Notes: generated by a model from the sequence alone, not told the origin. Shown: positions 15,895 to 22,965, counted from the first letter of the stretch. The stretch is DNA of 32,000 nucleotides from Geobacter metallireducens GS-15 (GCF_000012925.1 NC_007517.1:3000001-3032000), one strand, 5' to 3'. Program-made: numbers and translations.

Positions 15895-15986
15895 CTCCAC
15901 ACCCCCGGATTCTGTCATAATTTTCGCCGGCCAAGGTTATATGGTCCTGTATTCCCTATCGGTTCGCGCATTCTTTTCTTGACCGA

Positions 15987-16013
15987 ATTATACGGATTTT
16001 ATCGCTCTGTCAG
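15987..16013 (-). promoter_or_regulatory. Candidate sigma70-type promoter upstream of the Kunitz/rSAM/methyltransferase genes
   Basis: On the minus strand there is a perfect TATAAT at 15992..15987, with CTGACA at 16013..16008. The spacer is only 15 nt, which is suboptimal. The site lies in the 106-130 nt gap between the 16025 stop and the Kunitz start. Confidence 0.3.
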
Positions 16014-16024
16014 TGCTTACGCCG

Positions 16025-16321
16025 CTAATCCTTGAAGAGTAATGTTGCTTTCACGACCTGTTTCCCGTCATGCTCGATTTCGCACACATAGCGCCCCATG
16101 ACGCCGCTGGCCGTGACCAGGGCCTTAGTGGGGGAAGTGCTGTCAAAAAACCGGAAACCGCTTTGCAGCGCCTTCTCTTTCGCAACAGCCAGCAAAGTGC
16201 CGGCAGCCGTTTCGCGGCAGTAGCCGACCAGTTTTTTCTTGGTCCGGTAGCCGTCTGCCACACCGACCAGAAACATCAATATGATAACGGCCAATACCAG
16301 CTTGAAAACTTTCTTCACCAT
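16025..16321 (-). CDS. Small membrane-anchored protein of unknown function
   Basis: The ORF track gives 16025..16327 with a GTG start. The ATG at 16321 follows GGGGGTGG. The N-terminal TM segment is VFKLVLAVIILMFLVGV, followed by a ~70-aa soluble part with 2 Cys. Confidence 0.6.
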   Translation of the reverse strand: MVKKVFKLVLAVIILMFLVGVADGYRTKKKLVGYCRETAAGTLLAVAKEKALQSGFRFFDSTSPTKALVTASGVMGRYVCEIEHDGKQVVKATLLFKD

Positions 16322-16491
16322 ATCCACCCCCGTTGCGGATAACCATGGATTGATCGGATTTTCAAAGACTTTGCAAAAACGGTACCTTTGTCAAATCATC
16401 CCGCCGTGGCAACCAAGTGGATACAGATCACTTCCACCCCCAAAAAGCGCACATACTTGTATGATACGATTTTGTATGATAAACATTTGCC

Positions 16492-17928
16492 ATGCGTTTT
16501 TATAACAGGGAAAAAGAACTTGCCCGCCTAATGGAAATAGCCACCCTCTCGGAAGAGTCGGCCCACCTGGCGGTCATCACCGGCAGGCGCCGGGTCGGCA
16601 AGACCGAACTGATCCGAAAGTTCGCCGAAGGACGGGACGACTTTCTCTATTTCTTCGTGTCGAAGAAAAAACCTCGCGTTCTGCTCGATGAATTCCGGGA
16701 TCTCCTGGCCGCACGGGTGCCGCTGCTGGCCTCGGCATCCTTCGGGAGCTTTGACGATTTCTTCCGCGCTCTTTTCGAAATCACGAAAGAGCGCCCGCTG
16801 TTTATCGTCTTCGACGAGTTCCAGAACTTCCAGCAGGTGGACCCGGCGGTCTTTTCGACGCTCCAGGATCTGTGGGACCGGAACAAGGGCACCATCAAGG
16901 GGACCATCGTCTGCATCGGGTCGGTGCAGACCCTCATGCGCGAGATCTTCGAGGGCGCCAAGGAACCGCTCTTCGGTCGAGTGACCGCCCGGCTCTACGT
17001 GGAGCCCCTGATCCCCGACGTGGTTGCCACAATCCTTGCCGACCACCAGGTTGATGCGGTCAGGCACCTCCCCTTCTTCTTCACCCTCTTCGGCGGCATC
17101 CCCAAATACTATTTCCTGCTCGACCGCTACCGGCTCTTCGGCAAAACTCCGGCGGAGATCATCCGAAAATTCTTCTGCGAGACCGACGCCCTCTTACAGA
17201 ACGAGGGGAAAGACCTCCTGGTGGAGGAGTTCGGCAAGAACTATCATCTCTACTTCTCCATCCTTCAGGTTATCGCCGGCGGCGAGAACCAGATGGCCCG
17301 CATCGCCGACAAGTCGGGGATCAACGTCAACAGCATCAGCAAATACCTCGACGAACTGACCTCCTACTACCAGGTCATCGAGCGACGGCTGCCGGTGACG
17401 GCGACCCGGCAGGAGCAGAAAACCGGCCGCTACTACCTGAAGGATCCGTTGCTCCGTTTCTGGTTCCGGTACATCTACCGCAACCAGAGCCTGATCGAGA
17501 TCGGCGACGAAGAGGGGCTTCTGGGCAAGATCCAGGCAGATCTCTCGACCTTCATGGGGTGGTCGTTCGAGGAGTTGATCCGCGCCATGCTCCTGAAGCG
17601 CAATGACGGCACGGTGGTTCCGTTCGGCTTCACCCGGATCGGCGGATTCTGGACCAAGCGGGGGGATGTGGAGATTGACATCGTGGCGCTCAACGAGGAG
17701 GATGGAGCGATCTTCTTCGGCGAATGCAAGTTGAGCGGCAGCAGGTTCAGCGTGGCCGATGCCCGGCGGCTAAAGGAAAAGGCCAAGGCTGTCCCATGGC
17801 GCACCGGCGACCGGCGGGAGCATTTTGTCCTTTTCTGTATGGACGACCTTGAGAGCGACGCGGAACAGGCCCTTGCCGCCGAAGGGGTCGGCGTCGTAAG
17901 GCTTCGCCAGCTGCTATCGGTGCCATAA
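16492..17928 (+). CDS. AAA ATPase (archaeal-ATPase type, Walker A GRRRVGKT) with C-terminal DUF234 / PD-(D/E)xK-like domain
   Basis: 478-aa ORF. The N-terminus MRFYNREKELARL...LAVITGRRRVGKTELIRKF and the Walker B-like LFIVFDEFQ fit this ATPase type. The C-terminus GDVEIDIVALNEEDGAIFFGECKLS matches the D...(E)xK pattern typical of DUF234. No Shine-Dalgarno is visible upstream of the ATG. Confidence 0.85.
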   Translation: MRFYNREKELARLMEIATLSEESAHLAVITGRRRVGKTELIRKFAEGRDDFLYFFVSKKKPRVLLDEFRDLLAARVPLLASASFGSFDDFFRALFEITKERPLFIVFDEFQNFQQVDPAVFSTLQDLWDRNKGTIKGTIVCIGSVQTLMREIFEGAKEPLFGRVTARLYVEPLIPDVVATILADHQVDAVRHLPFFFTLFGGIPKYYFLLDRYRLFGKTPAEIIRKFFCETDALLQNEGKDLLVEEFGKNYHLYFSILQVIAGGENQMARIADKSGINVNSISKYLDELTSYYQVIERRLPVTATRQEQKTGRYYLKDPLLRFWFRYIYRNQSLIEIGDEEGLLGKIQADLSTFMGWSFEELIRAMLLKRNDGTVVPFGFTRIGGFWTKRGDVEIDIVALNEEDGAIFFGECKLSGSRFSVADARRLKEKAKAVPWRTGDRREHFVLFCMDDLESDAEQALAAEGVGVVRLRQLLSVP

Positions 17929-17954
17929 GATTGAAACCACACAGGGGTGCGTAA

Positions 17955-18185
17955 GACCGCCAGCGGCTGATGGTCGTCGAGACCAAGGGATACCACCTGA
18001 AAAACGACGATACCGACTACAAGGAGAAGCTCCTCGATCTCTGTACGGAAATGTTTCGGTGGGAAAACGTCAAGACTGTGGGAGAACTGGAGCTGGAGTA
18101 TGATGCAAAAACATCCGTCGCCTGCGCCTTGGTGTTTCAGGAGCACTGGCGGACGGAACTGGCTGCGCTTTCGGGCGGGAATTGA
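17955..18185 (+). pseudogene. Remnant of the C-terminal PD-(D/E)xK nuclease domain of a restriction-enzyme/helicase-type protein (5' truncated)
   Basis: The frame opens right after a TAA at 17952 and reads DRQRLMVVETKGYHLKNDDTDYKEKLLDLC... The (V/I)(V/I)ETKG ... K motif is the distal half of the nuclease core I associate with type III Res / DEAD-helicase C-termini. The upstream PD half and the helicase body are missing. There is no RBS. Confidence 0.35.
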
Positions 18186-18243
18186 CGCCGGTCGGCGAAC
18201 TGACTGGAAACCAATCAGAAACACTCCCCATATTATGACCCCT

Positions 18244-18687
18244 TCACCGCCGCCTGATCCGAAAAACCGAGGTAAAGGTGGCGGTCTTCACCCCTTTTTC
18301 GTCAAAGACCTCCGCCACCCCCCTGATGGTCCGCTCGTCTTCCCGGATGGCCTCGGCCCTGGCCGTGACCGTTCCCCCGTGGATGGGGGCATGGAATTTC
18401 AGATTGAGTTCGGTGGTCACGAAGTGGCTCCCTTCGGGGAGCATGCTCTTGATGGCCATGGCCACCGCCGTATCGGCCAGGGCGGTGACGGCGCCGCCGT
18501 GCATGAGCCCCTTTCCCTGGGCGTGTTTCACCTGGAACGGCATGGTGAGGCGCGCCTTCCCCCCCTCGGCCTCCTCGATAGTCATCCCCAGGTATTCCTC
18601 GAAGGGGGCACAGGCGATCCACTCGGGAAGCTCGAAGGGGAGCGCCACATCCTCTCCCATGGGTTCGTCGTAGAGATGCTCGTACAT
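18244..18687 (-). CDS. PaaI-family hotdog-fold thioesterase
   Basis: 147-aa ORF. The motif GLMHGGAVTALADTAVAMA and the overall size are typical of the PaaI/YigI-type 'uncharacterized domain 1' thioesterases. Confidence 0.85.
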   Translation of the reverse strand: MYEHLYDEPMGEDVALPFELPEWIACAPFEEYLGMTIEEAEGGKARLTMPFQVKHAQGKGLMHGGAVTALADTAVAMAIKSMLPEGSHFVTTELNLKFHAPIHGGTVTARAEAIREDERTIRGVAEVFDEKGVKTATFTSVFRIRRR

Positions 18688-18712
18688 GGTCTTTCCTCTC
18701 TCCGTTAGGGCC

Positions 18713-19090
18713 TTACTTGAGCAGTTGGACCTTCACGGCCTCGTCGATGAAGCTCTCCTCGATGGCCTCCCGGACCCAGGCTTCCTTGCTCTTTGCCAGC
18801 ACCCGGGCAACCCCCTCGGCCACGGCCGGGACCGGACTCCAGAGAGCATTGCGAATCTCACGCAGCTCATGGAGGTCTCCCCGGCGCCCGTCGGCCATCT
18901 CGCGGCAGCGGCCGCAGAGAAGGGCCAGGGTCTCCTCTGACGGCTCTTCATCCGGGCGGTAGTCCCAGGGGCGAAGGTCTTCCTTCCCCTCGCACCACTC
19001 GCAGGCAAACCCTGCCCGCTTGGCCAGGGCCTTCCCCAGCGCGCCTATCTGCTCCTGCCGCTCCCTGTTGGCCTGATACCCTTTTGCCAT
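18713..19090 (-). CDS. PhnA-like zinc-ribbon protein
   Basis: 125-aa ORF. The pattern CEWCEGKEDL...LALLCGRCREM...ALWSPVPAVAEGVARVL resembles the short 'PhnA-like' proteins of proteobacteria as I recall them (CxxC...CxxC followed by (M/L)WSxVPAV). The call is from memory only. Confidence 0.55.
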   Translation of the reverse strand: MAKGYQANRERQEQIGALGKALAKRAGFACEWCEGKEDLRPWDYRPDEEPSEETLALLCGRCREMADGRRGDLHELREIRNALWSPVPAVAEGVARVLAKSKEAWVREAIEESFIDEAVKVQLLK

Positions 19091-19101
19091 CGTTCCTGTT
19101 C

Positions 19102-19863
19102 CTATCCCTTCTTGGTCGGCATTTTCTTCCCCAAGAGCGCCATGACCTGCTTCATGTCATCCCACACCTCCCGCTTGCGTTCGGGGTAGCGCACGAGGAA
19201 CGCCGGATGGAACGTGGGCATGAGGGGAATGCCGTGGTAGTCGTGGAACCGCCCCCGGAGGGCGGAGATCGGCTCCTTGGTGGCCAGGAGGGTCTGGGCC
19301 GCAAAGGTACCCAGCGCCACCACGGCCTCGGGACCGATGGCCCGCACCTGCCGGAGCATGAAGGGGGCGCACTGGACGATCTCGTCGTGGTGGGGGTTAC
19401 GGTTCCCCGGCGGGCGGCACTTGAGCACGTTGCAGATGTAGACCTCGTCCCGCGCAAACCCCATTGCCTGGATGATCTTCGTGAGGAGCTGCCCCGCCTC
19501 CCCCACGAAGGGCTCCCCCTTGAGGTCCTCGTCCCTGCCCGGGGCCTCGCCGATGAAGACGAGACGGGCCCGGGGATTGCCGACCCCGAAGACGAGGTTC
19601 GTGCGCTGTTTTCCCAACTGGCAGCGGACGCACTCCCCGAGATCGCGGCGGATATCGTCCAGGGTCTCGCCGGCGGTCGCCGCTTGCGGCTCGGCAACGG
19701 GCGCTGACGAAGCAGGAACTGAAGCGGGAGCGACAGCCTCCGGCGGCGGAACCGGTTGCTCTTCCCGCGACGCCGCGGCCCGGGGAATCTCGTCCACGCC
19801 GGTCTCCTTCAGCTCCTCCAGGTAGCGCCTGAGGGAAGCGATCGTCTCCCCGTCAACGCCCAT
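19102..19863 (-). CDS. Uracil-DNA glycosylase, family 4
   Basis: 253-aa ORF. Motifs seen are [47 protein letters not shown] and PTFHPAF. There is a ~70-aa Ala/Pro-rich N-terminal extension. Confidence 0.9.
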   Translation of the reverse strand: MGVDGETIASLRRYLEELKETGVDEIPRAAASREEQPVPPPEAVAPASVPASSAPVAEPQAATAGETLDDIRRDLGECVRCQLGKQRTNLVFGVGNPRARLVFIGEAPGRDEDLKGEPFVGEAGQLLTKIIQAMGFARDEVYICNVLKCRPPGNRNPHHDEIVQCAPFMLRQVRAIGPEAVVALGTFAAQTLLATKEPISALRGRFHDYHGIPLMPTFHPAFLVRYPERKREVWDDMKQVMALLGKKMPTKKG

Positions 19864-20821
19864 GGTGGCAAATTCCTTTACATTTTTCCGACGGTTTCAT
19901 ACCATGATTCCCATGCCTATCCTGCCGATATTTCTGCTCATCATCCTCTTCGTACCCGCCAATGCCTTTGCCTGGGGTGCCGGCATCCACCTCCAGCTCG
20001 GCACTGCCGTCATCAACAACCTCCAGGCCGTGAGCCCCGCCGTAGCGGCCGTCGTCGGCGCCTTCCCCCACGATTTCCTCTACGGCTGCATCGCGGCGGA
20101 CATCACCCTGGGCAAGAAGTTCACCCACTACCTCCAGCACTGCCACCGCTGGCGGATCGGGATGAAGGTCCTGGAGTACGCCTGGAACCCGCCCCAGAAG
20201 GCCTGCGCCTACGGCTACCTCGCGCACCTGGCCGCCGATACCGTGGCCCACAACTACTACGTCCCCGCCAAGACCATGGAGAGTTTCTCCACTCTCACTC
20301 TCAAACACGCCTACTGGGAGATGCGTCTGGAGACCTATGTGGACCAGGAGATATGGGAGACGGGGAAGAAGGTCGCCACGGAAAACTACAAGGCCAACGA
20401 CGCGCTTTTGCGGAACGTCCTCTCGGACACCCTCTTCTCCTTCGGCACCAACAAGCGGATCTTCAATTCGATCCTCCTGGTGAGCCGCCTGGAGAAGTGG
20501 CAGCAGGTGCTCAAGACCCTCTCCGACACCTCCCGGTACACCCTGGAGGAGGACGACCGGAGCGAGTACCTGGACCTGGCAGAGGAGGCGGTGTTCGACT
20601 TCCTGAACCGGCTGGAGGAATCCCGCTACTTCCAGGCCGACCCCACGGGAGAGCGGGCACTTGCCACCGCCGAGGCGGTCAGGAAAAACCTCCGGCTCCT
20701 CTACAACGCCGGCAAGATCACCAAGGAAGATGCCGTCGCCCAGGTGGACGCCATGCGAGCCCGGCTCCGGGAGGCCATCTGGGAGCCGGAAAAGCTCCTC
20801 CAGATACTGTCAAAAGGATAA
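19862..20821 (+). CDS. Exported zinc-dependent phospholipase C / S1-P1 nuclease superfamily protein
   Basis: 319-aa ORF. Predicted signal peptide cleavage at ...VPANAFA|[10 protein letters not shown] leaves an N-terminal Trp, as in Zn-PLC and P1 nuclease. His/Asp-rich motifs are present ([33 protein letters not shown]). An alternative start is ATG 19904. Confidence 0.75.
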   Translation: MVANSFTFFRRFHTMIPMPILPIFLLIILFVPANAFAWGAGIHLQLGTAVINNLQAVSPAVAAVVGAFPHDFLYGCIAADITLGKKFTHYLQHCHRWRIGMKVLEYAWNPPQKACAYGYLAHLAADTVAHNYYVPAKTMESFSTLTLKHAYWEMRLETYVDQEIWETGKKVATENYKANDALLRNVLSDTLFSFGTNKRIFNSILLVSRLEKWQQVLKTLSDTSRYTLEEDDRSEYLDLAEEAVFDFLNRLEESRYFQADPTGERALATAEAVRKNLRLLYNAGKITKEDAVAQVDAMRARLREAIWEPEKLLQILSKG

Positions 20822-20941
20822 TCAGAATACAGAATTCAGGAGTCAGAATTCAGGAGAAAGTCCACTCGAACACAAGTTCAGAATGCTGTTGCGCGAATTT
20901 CATTCCGACTTCTGCATTCTGACTCCTGACTCCCGAACCCC
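20822..20941. repeat. Structured repeat element between convergent 3' ends (tandem 14-mers, tandem 7-mers, competing inverted repeats)
   Basis: CAGAATTCAGGAG(T/A) occurs twice in tandem at 20830-20857, and CTGACTC twice at 20919-20932. A perfect 14-bp inverted repeat TCAGGAGTCAGAAT (20836-20849) pairs with 20916-20929. A second 9-bp arm TCAGAATGC (20878-20886) pairs with 20914-20922 and so competes for the same right arm. Confidence 0.6.
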
Positions 20942-22153
20942 CTACTCTTCTCCTCTCATTCCCTGCTTCCGCAGCCCGGCCGCCCGGTCGAGGATAATCG
21001 TCGCCATCTCATCCTTCCCCATGAGGGGGAGTTCCTCGACACGCCCATCCCGGTGGAGGAGCTTGGCGATGTTGGTATCCACGTTGAAACCGGCCCCTGG
21101 CTGGCCGATGTCGTTGGCCACCACCAGGTCCAGGTTCTTGCCGGTCAGCTTCTTCCGGGCATTCTCCACCAAATCGCTGGTTTCGGCGGCAAATCCCACC
21201 AGAACCCGATCCCCCTTCACCCGCCCCACTTCCGCCAGGATGTCGGGGTTTTTCTCCAGCTCCAGCACCATGGCATCGGCTGACTTCTTGATCTTCCCCG
21301 CAGCCCGACTCTTTGGGCAGTAGTCGGCCACGGCCGCCGCCTTGACGATGACGGTGCTCGCCGCGACCCGCTCCATGACCGCGTCGCGCATCTCGGCGGC
21401 GGAGCAGACATGGACCGTCTCGATCCCCCAGGGGTCGTCGAGGCAGGTGGGTCCGGCCACGAGAACCACCTCGGCCCCGCGGCGCCGGGCGGCCCGGGCA
21501 ATGGAGTATCCCATCTTTCCCGACGAGTGGTTGCTGATGAAGCGGACCGGGTCGATCTCCTCCAGGGTCGGGCCAGCGGTCACGAGAACCCGCTCACCAA
21601 CCAGGTCCTGCCGCGTGAGGGCGCAGACCGCCTCCTCCATGATAATGGCCGGGTCCTGGAGCTTCCCCTCCCCCTCCCAACCGCAGGCGAGCATCCCCTT
21701 GACCGGAGCCACGAAGCGATAGCCGTGGCGGCGGAGCTTCTCCTCGTTTTCACGGTAGATGGGATTGGTGCACATGTTCACATTCATGGCCGGGGCAATG
21801 AGGACCGACGCCCTGGTGGCCATGACGGTGGTGGTGAGCATGTCATCGGCGATGCCGCCCGCGATCTTGCCGATGACGTTGGCCGTGGCCGGGGCAATGA
21901 TGAAGAGATCGGCCCGGTCGGCCAGGGCAATGTGGCCGATCTCCCGCTCGGCGATCAGGTTGAAAATCTCCGTGTGGACCGGATTCGCGGTGAGGGTCTG
22001 AAAGGTGAGGGGCCCCACGAATTCCGTGGCCGAGCGGGTCATGATGACGTGGACGTCGGCCCCCGCCTTGGTCAGGAGCCGCACGAGCTCCACCGCCTTG
22101 TAGACGGCTATGCCGCCGGTGACGCCGAGGACGATCTGCTTGCCGTTGAGCAT
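20942..22153 (-). CDS. coaBC: Bifunctional phosphopantothenoylcysteine decarboxylase / phosphopantothenate-cysteine ligase
   Basis: 403-aa ORF. The N-terminal flavoprotein motif is IVLGVTGGIAVYKAVELVRLL. The C-terminal ligase half includes ISNHSSGKMGYSIA and AAAVADY. Length and two-domain order are canonical. Confidence 0.95.
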   Translation of the reverse strand: MLNGKQIVLGVTGGIAVYKAVELVRLLTKAGADVHVIMTRSATEFVGPLTFQTLTANPVHTEIFNLIAEREIGHIALADRADLFIIAPATANVIGKIAGGIADDMLTTTVMATRASVLIAPAMNVNMCTNPIYRENEEKLRRHGYRFVAPVKGMLACGWEGEGKLQDPAIIMEEAVCALTRQDLVGERVLVTAGPTLEEIDPVRFISNHSSGKMGYSIARAARRRGAEVVLVAGPTCLDDPWGIETVHVCSAAEMRDAVMERVAASTVIVKAAAVADYCPKSRAAGKIKKSADAMVLELEKNPDILAEVGRVKGDRVLVGFAAETSDLVENARKKLTGKNLDLVVANDIGQPGAGFNVDTNIAKLLHRDGRVEELPLMGKDEMATIILDRAAGLRKQGMRGEE

Positions 22154-22163
22154 GGATGGTCTC

Positions 22164-22793
22164 CTACCCGTTCAGGTACGGATTGTACAGCTTCTCCCGC
22201 CCGATGGAGCTCGCCTCGCCGTGTCCCGGGAAGACCTGGGTCTCGTCGGGGAGGGGGAGGAGCTTCGTGCGGATGGAGGTTATAAGGGCCTCGTGGGAGG
22301 AGCCGGGGAAATCGGTCCGTCCCACCGACTCGGCAAAGAGGGTGTCCCCGGTGATGACCTTACCCTCCCCTTCCAGGTAGAGACAGCATCCCCCCGGCGT
22401 GTGACCCGGCGTGTGGAAGACCTTCATGGCGCATTTGCCGAAGGTAACCGTCATCCCGTCCTCAAGAAGCTCGTCCGGCGGGGGGGAGTTCGCGGTGGAA
22501 AGGCCGTAGTTGGCCGCCACGTCCGCGGCCCGGGACAGGAAGTGGACGTCATCCCGATGGATCATGAGCCGGCCGCCGGTTGCCTCCAGGACCGCCTTGT
22601 TCCCCCCTATATGGTCGAAGTGGCCGTGGGTGTTGATGACCGTGCGGATGGTGAGGCCAAGAGCCCGGACCCGGTCGAGGATGCGCCCCGCATCGGCGCC
22701 GGGGTCCACCACCACTCCCTCTTTGGTTTCCTCACAGCCGAGGATGAAGCAGTTGACCCCCATGGGGCCGACAACAACGATTTCGAAGATCAT
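22164..22793 (-). CDS. MBL-fold metallo-hydrolase (glyoxalase II-like)
   Basis: The HxHxDH motif is present (THGHFDHIGG), with downstream HTPGHTPG and GD..F. ATG 22793 is preceded by GGGAGA 7 nt upstream. The longer track ORF (to 22832) would run into the intergenic inverted repeat. Confidence 0.9.
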   Translation of the reverse strand: MIFEIVVVGPMGVNCFILGCEETKEGVVVDPGADAGRILDRVRALGLTIRTVINTHGHFDHIGGNKAVLEATGGRLMIHRDDVHFLSRAADVAANYGLSTANSPPPDELLEDGMTVTFGKCAMKVFHTPGHTPGGCCLYLEGEGKVITGDTLFAESVGRTDFPGSSHEALITSIRTKLLPLPDETQVFPGHGEASSIGREKLYNPYLNG

Positions 22794-22826
22794 AGCGGTA
22801 TCTCCCGAGACAGAATACAGTCCGAA

Positions 22827-22965
22827 TAACACGGAGAAACGGAGAGCACGGAGTAAAATCAGGTAATTGTCGAACAGGAACTATCGGACTGATATCGCCT
22901 GTTCGGTTGTTATTAATAACAACTCAACTTTTTGATTTCTCTGTGTTCTCCGTCTCTCCGTGTTA
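22827..22965. repeat. Long imperfect inverted repeat with nested palindromes (MITE/REP-like or structured RNA element)
   Basis: The outer arms 22827-22853 (TAACACGGAGAAACGGAGAGCACGGAG) and 22939-22965 pair over 27 positions, with 1 mismatch and 2 G:T pairs. Inside are CGAACAGG (22871-78) paired with CCTGTTCG (22898-905), and a perfect 18-bp palindrome GTTGTTATTAATAACAAC (22906-22923) followed by TCAACTTTTTGATTTC. Confidence 0.6.

Noticed and set aside
13018-15918. The rSAM/SPASM enzyme as an anaerobic sulfatase-maturating enzyme (same size and cluster positions)
   Set aside because: I scanned the Kunitz protein, its most likely substrate, for the (C/S)-x-(P/A)-x-R sulfatase motif and found none. 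No sulfatase-like gene is present in the window.
15915-15971. 18-codon minus-strand ORF (MREPIGNTGPYNLGRRKL) in the gap upstream of the Kunitz gene, considered as a RiPP precursor for the rSAM/SPASM enzyme
   Set aside because: It has no Cys, Ser or Thr-rich core and no convincing RBS. It ends inside the discarded upstream ATG of the Kunitz ORF. Nothing distinguishes it from a random short ORF.
10019-16035. Very long plus-strand ORFs (10019..13156, 1045 aa; 13099..16035, 978 aa) opposite the ANK, methyltransferase, rSAM and Kunitz genes
   Set aside because: These are typical high-GC shadow ORFs. The translations are dominated by G/R/P/H/V/L runs with no recognisable motifs, no RBS and no signal or domain structure. 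The minus-strand frames carry unambiguous ANK, SPASM, methyltransferase and Kunitz signatures.
16328-16491. A riboswitch (for example the c-di-GMP/GEMM type common in Geobacter) or a sigma54 promoter in the 164-bp divergent region upstream of the cluster
   Set aside because: I saw no GEMM-like conserved segments. The TGGCAA at 16418-16423 (within ...GTGGCAACCAAGTGGAT...) and the minus-strand TGGCAA near 16490 both lack the TTGC -12 element at the right spacing. The minus-strand TTGACA at 16394..16389 has only a poor -10 (AAGTCT).
18100-18708. 202-aa plus-strand ORF overlapping the thioesterase gene and the 17970..18185 fragment
   Set aside because: It is antisense to a clear PaaI thioesterase, has Gly/Pro/Arg-rich composition and has no start context.
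20830-20857. The tandem 14-mers considered as a CRISPR-like or minisatellite array
   Set aside because: There are only two contiguous copies with no spacers. They are far too short for CRISPR repeats, and no cas genes are nearby.
20823-22820. Shared 10-mer CAGAATACAG at 20823-20832 and 22811-22820, considered as evidence that the two structured intergenic elements belong to one family
   Set aside because: A single 10-mer match is expected by chance many times in 32 kb, and the flanks do not align. The two elements are therefore reported separately.
22794-22832. N-terminal extensions of track ORFs (22164..22832; also 10751..13060 and 15427..15918)
   Set aside because: The upstream starts lack RBSs. 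They add non-signal, Cys/Arg-rich or repeat-derived residues. Internal ATGs with strong RBSs or ATGA coupling give proper signal peptides or conserved N-termini.
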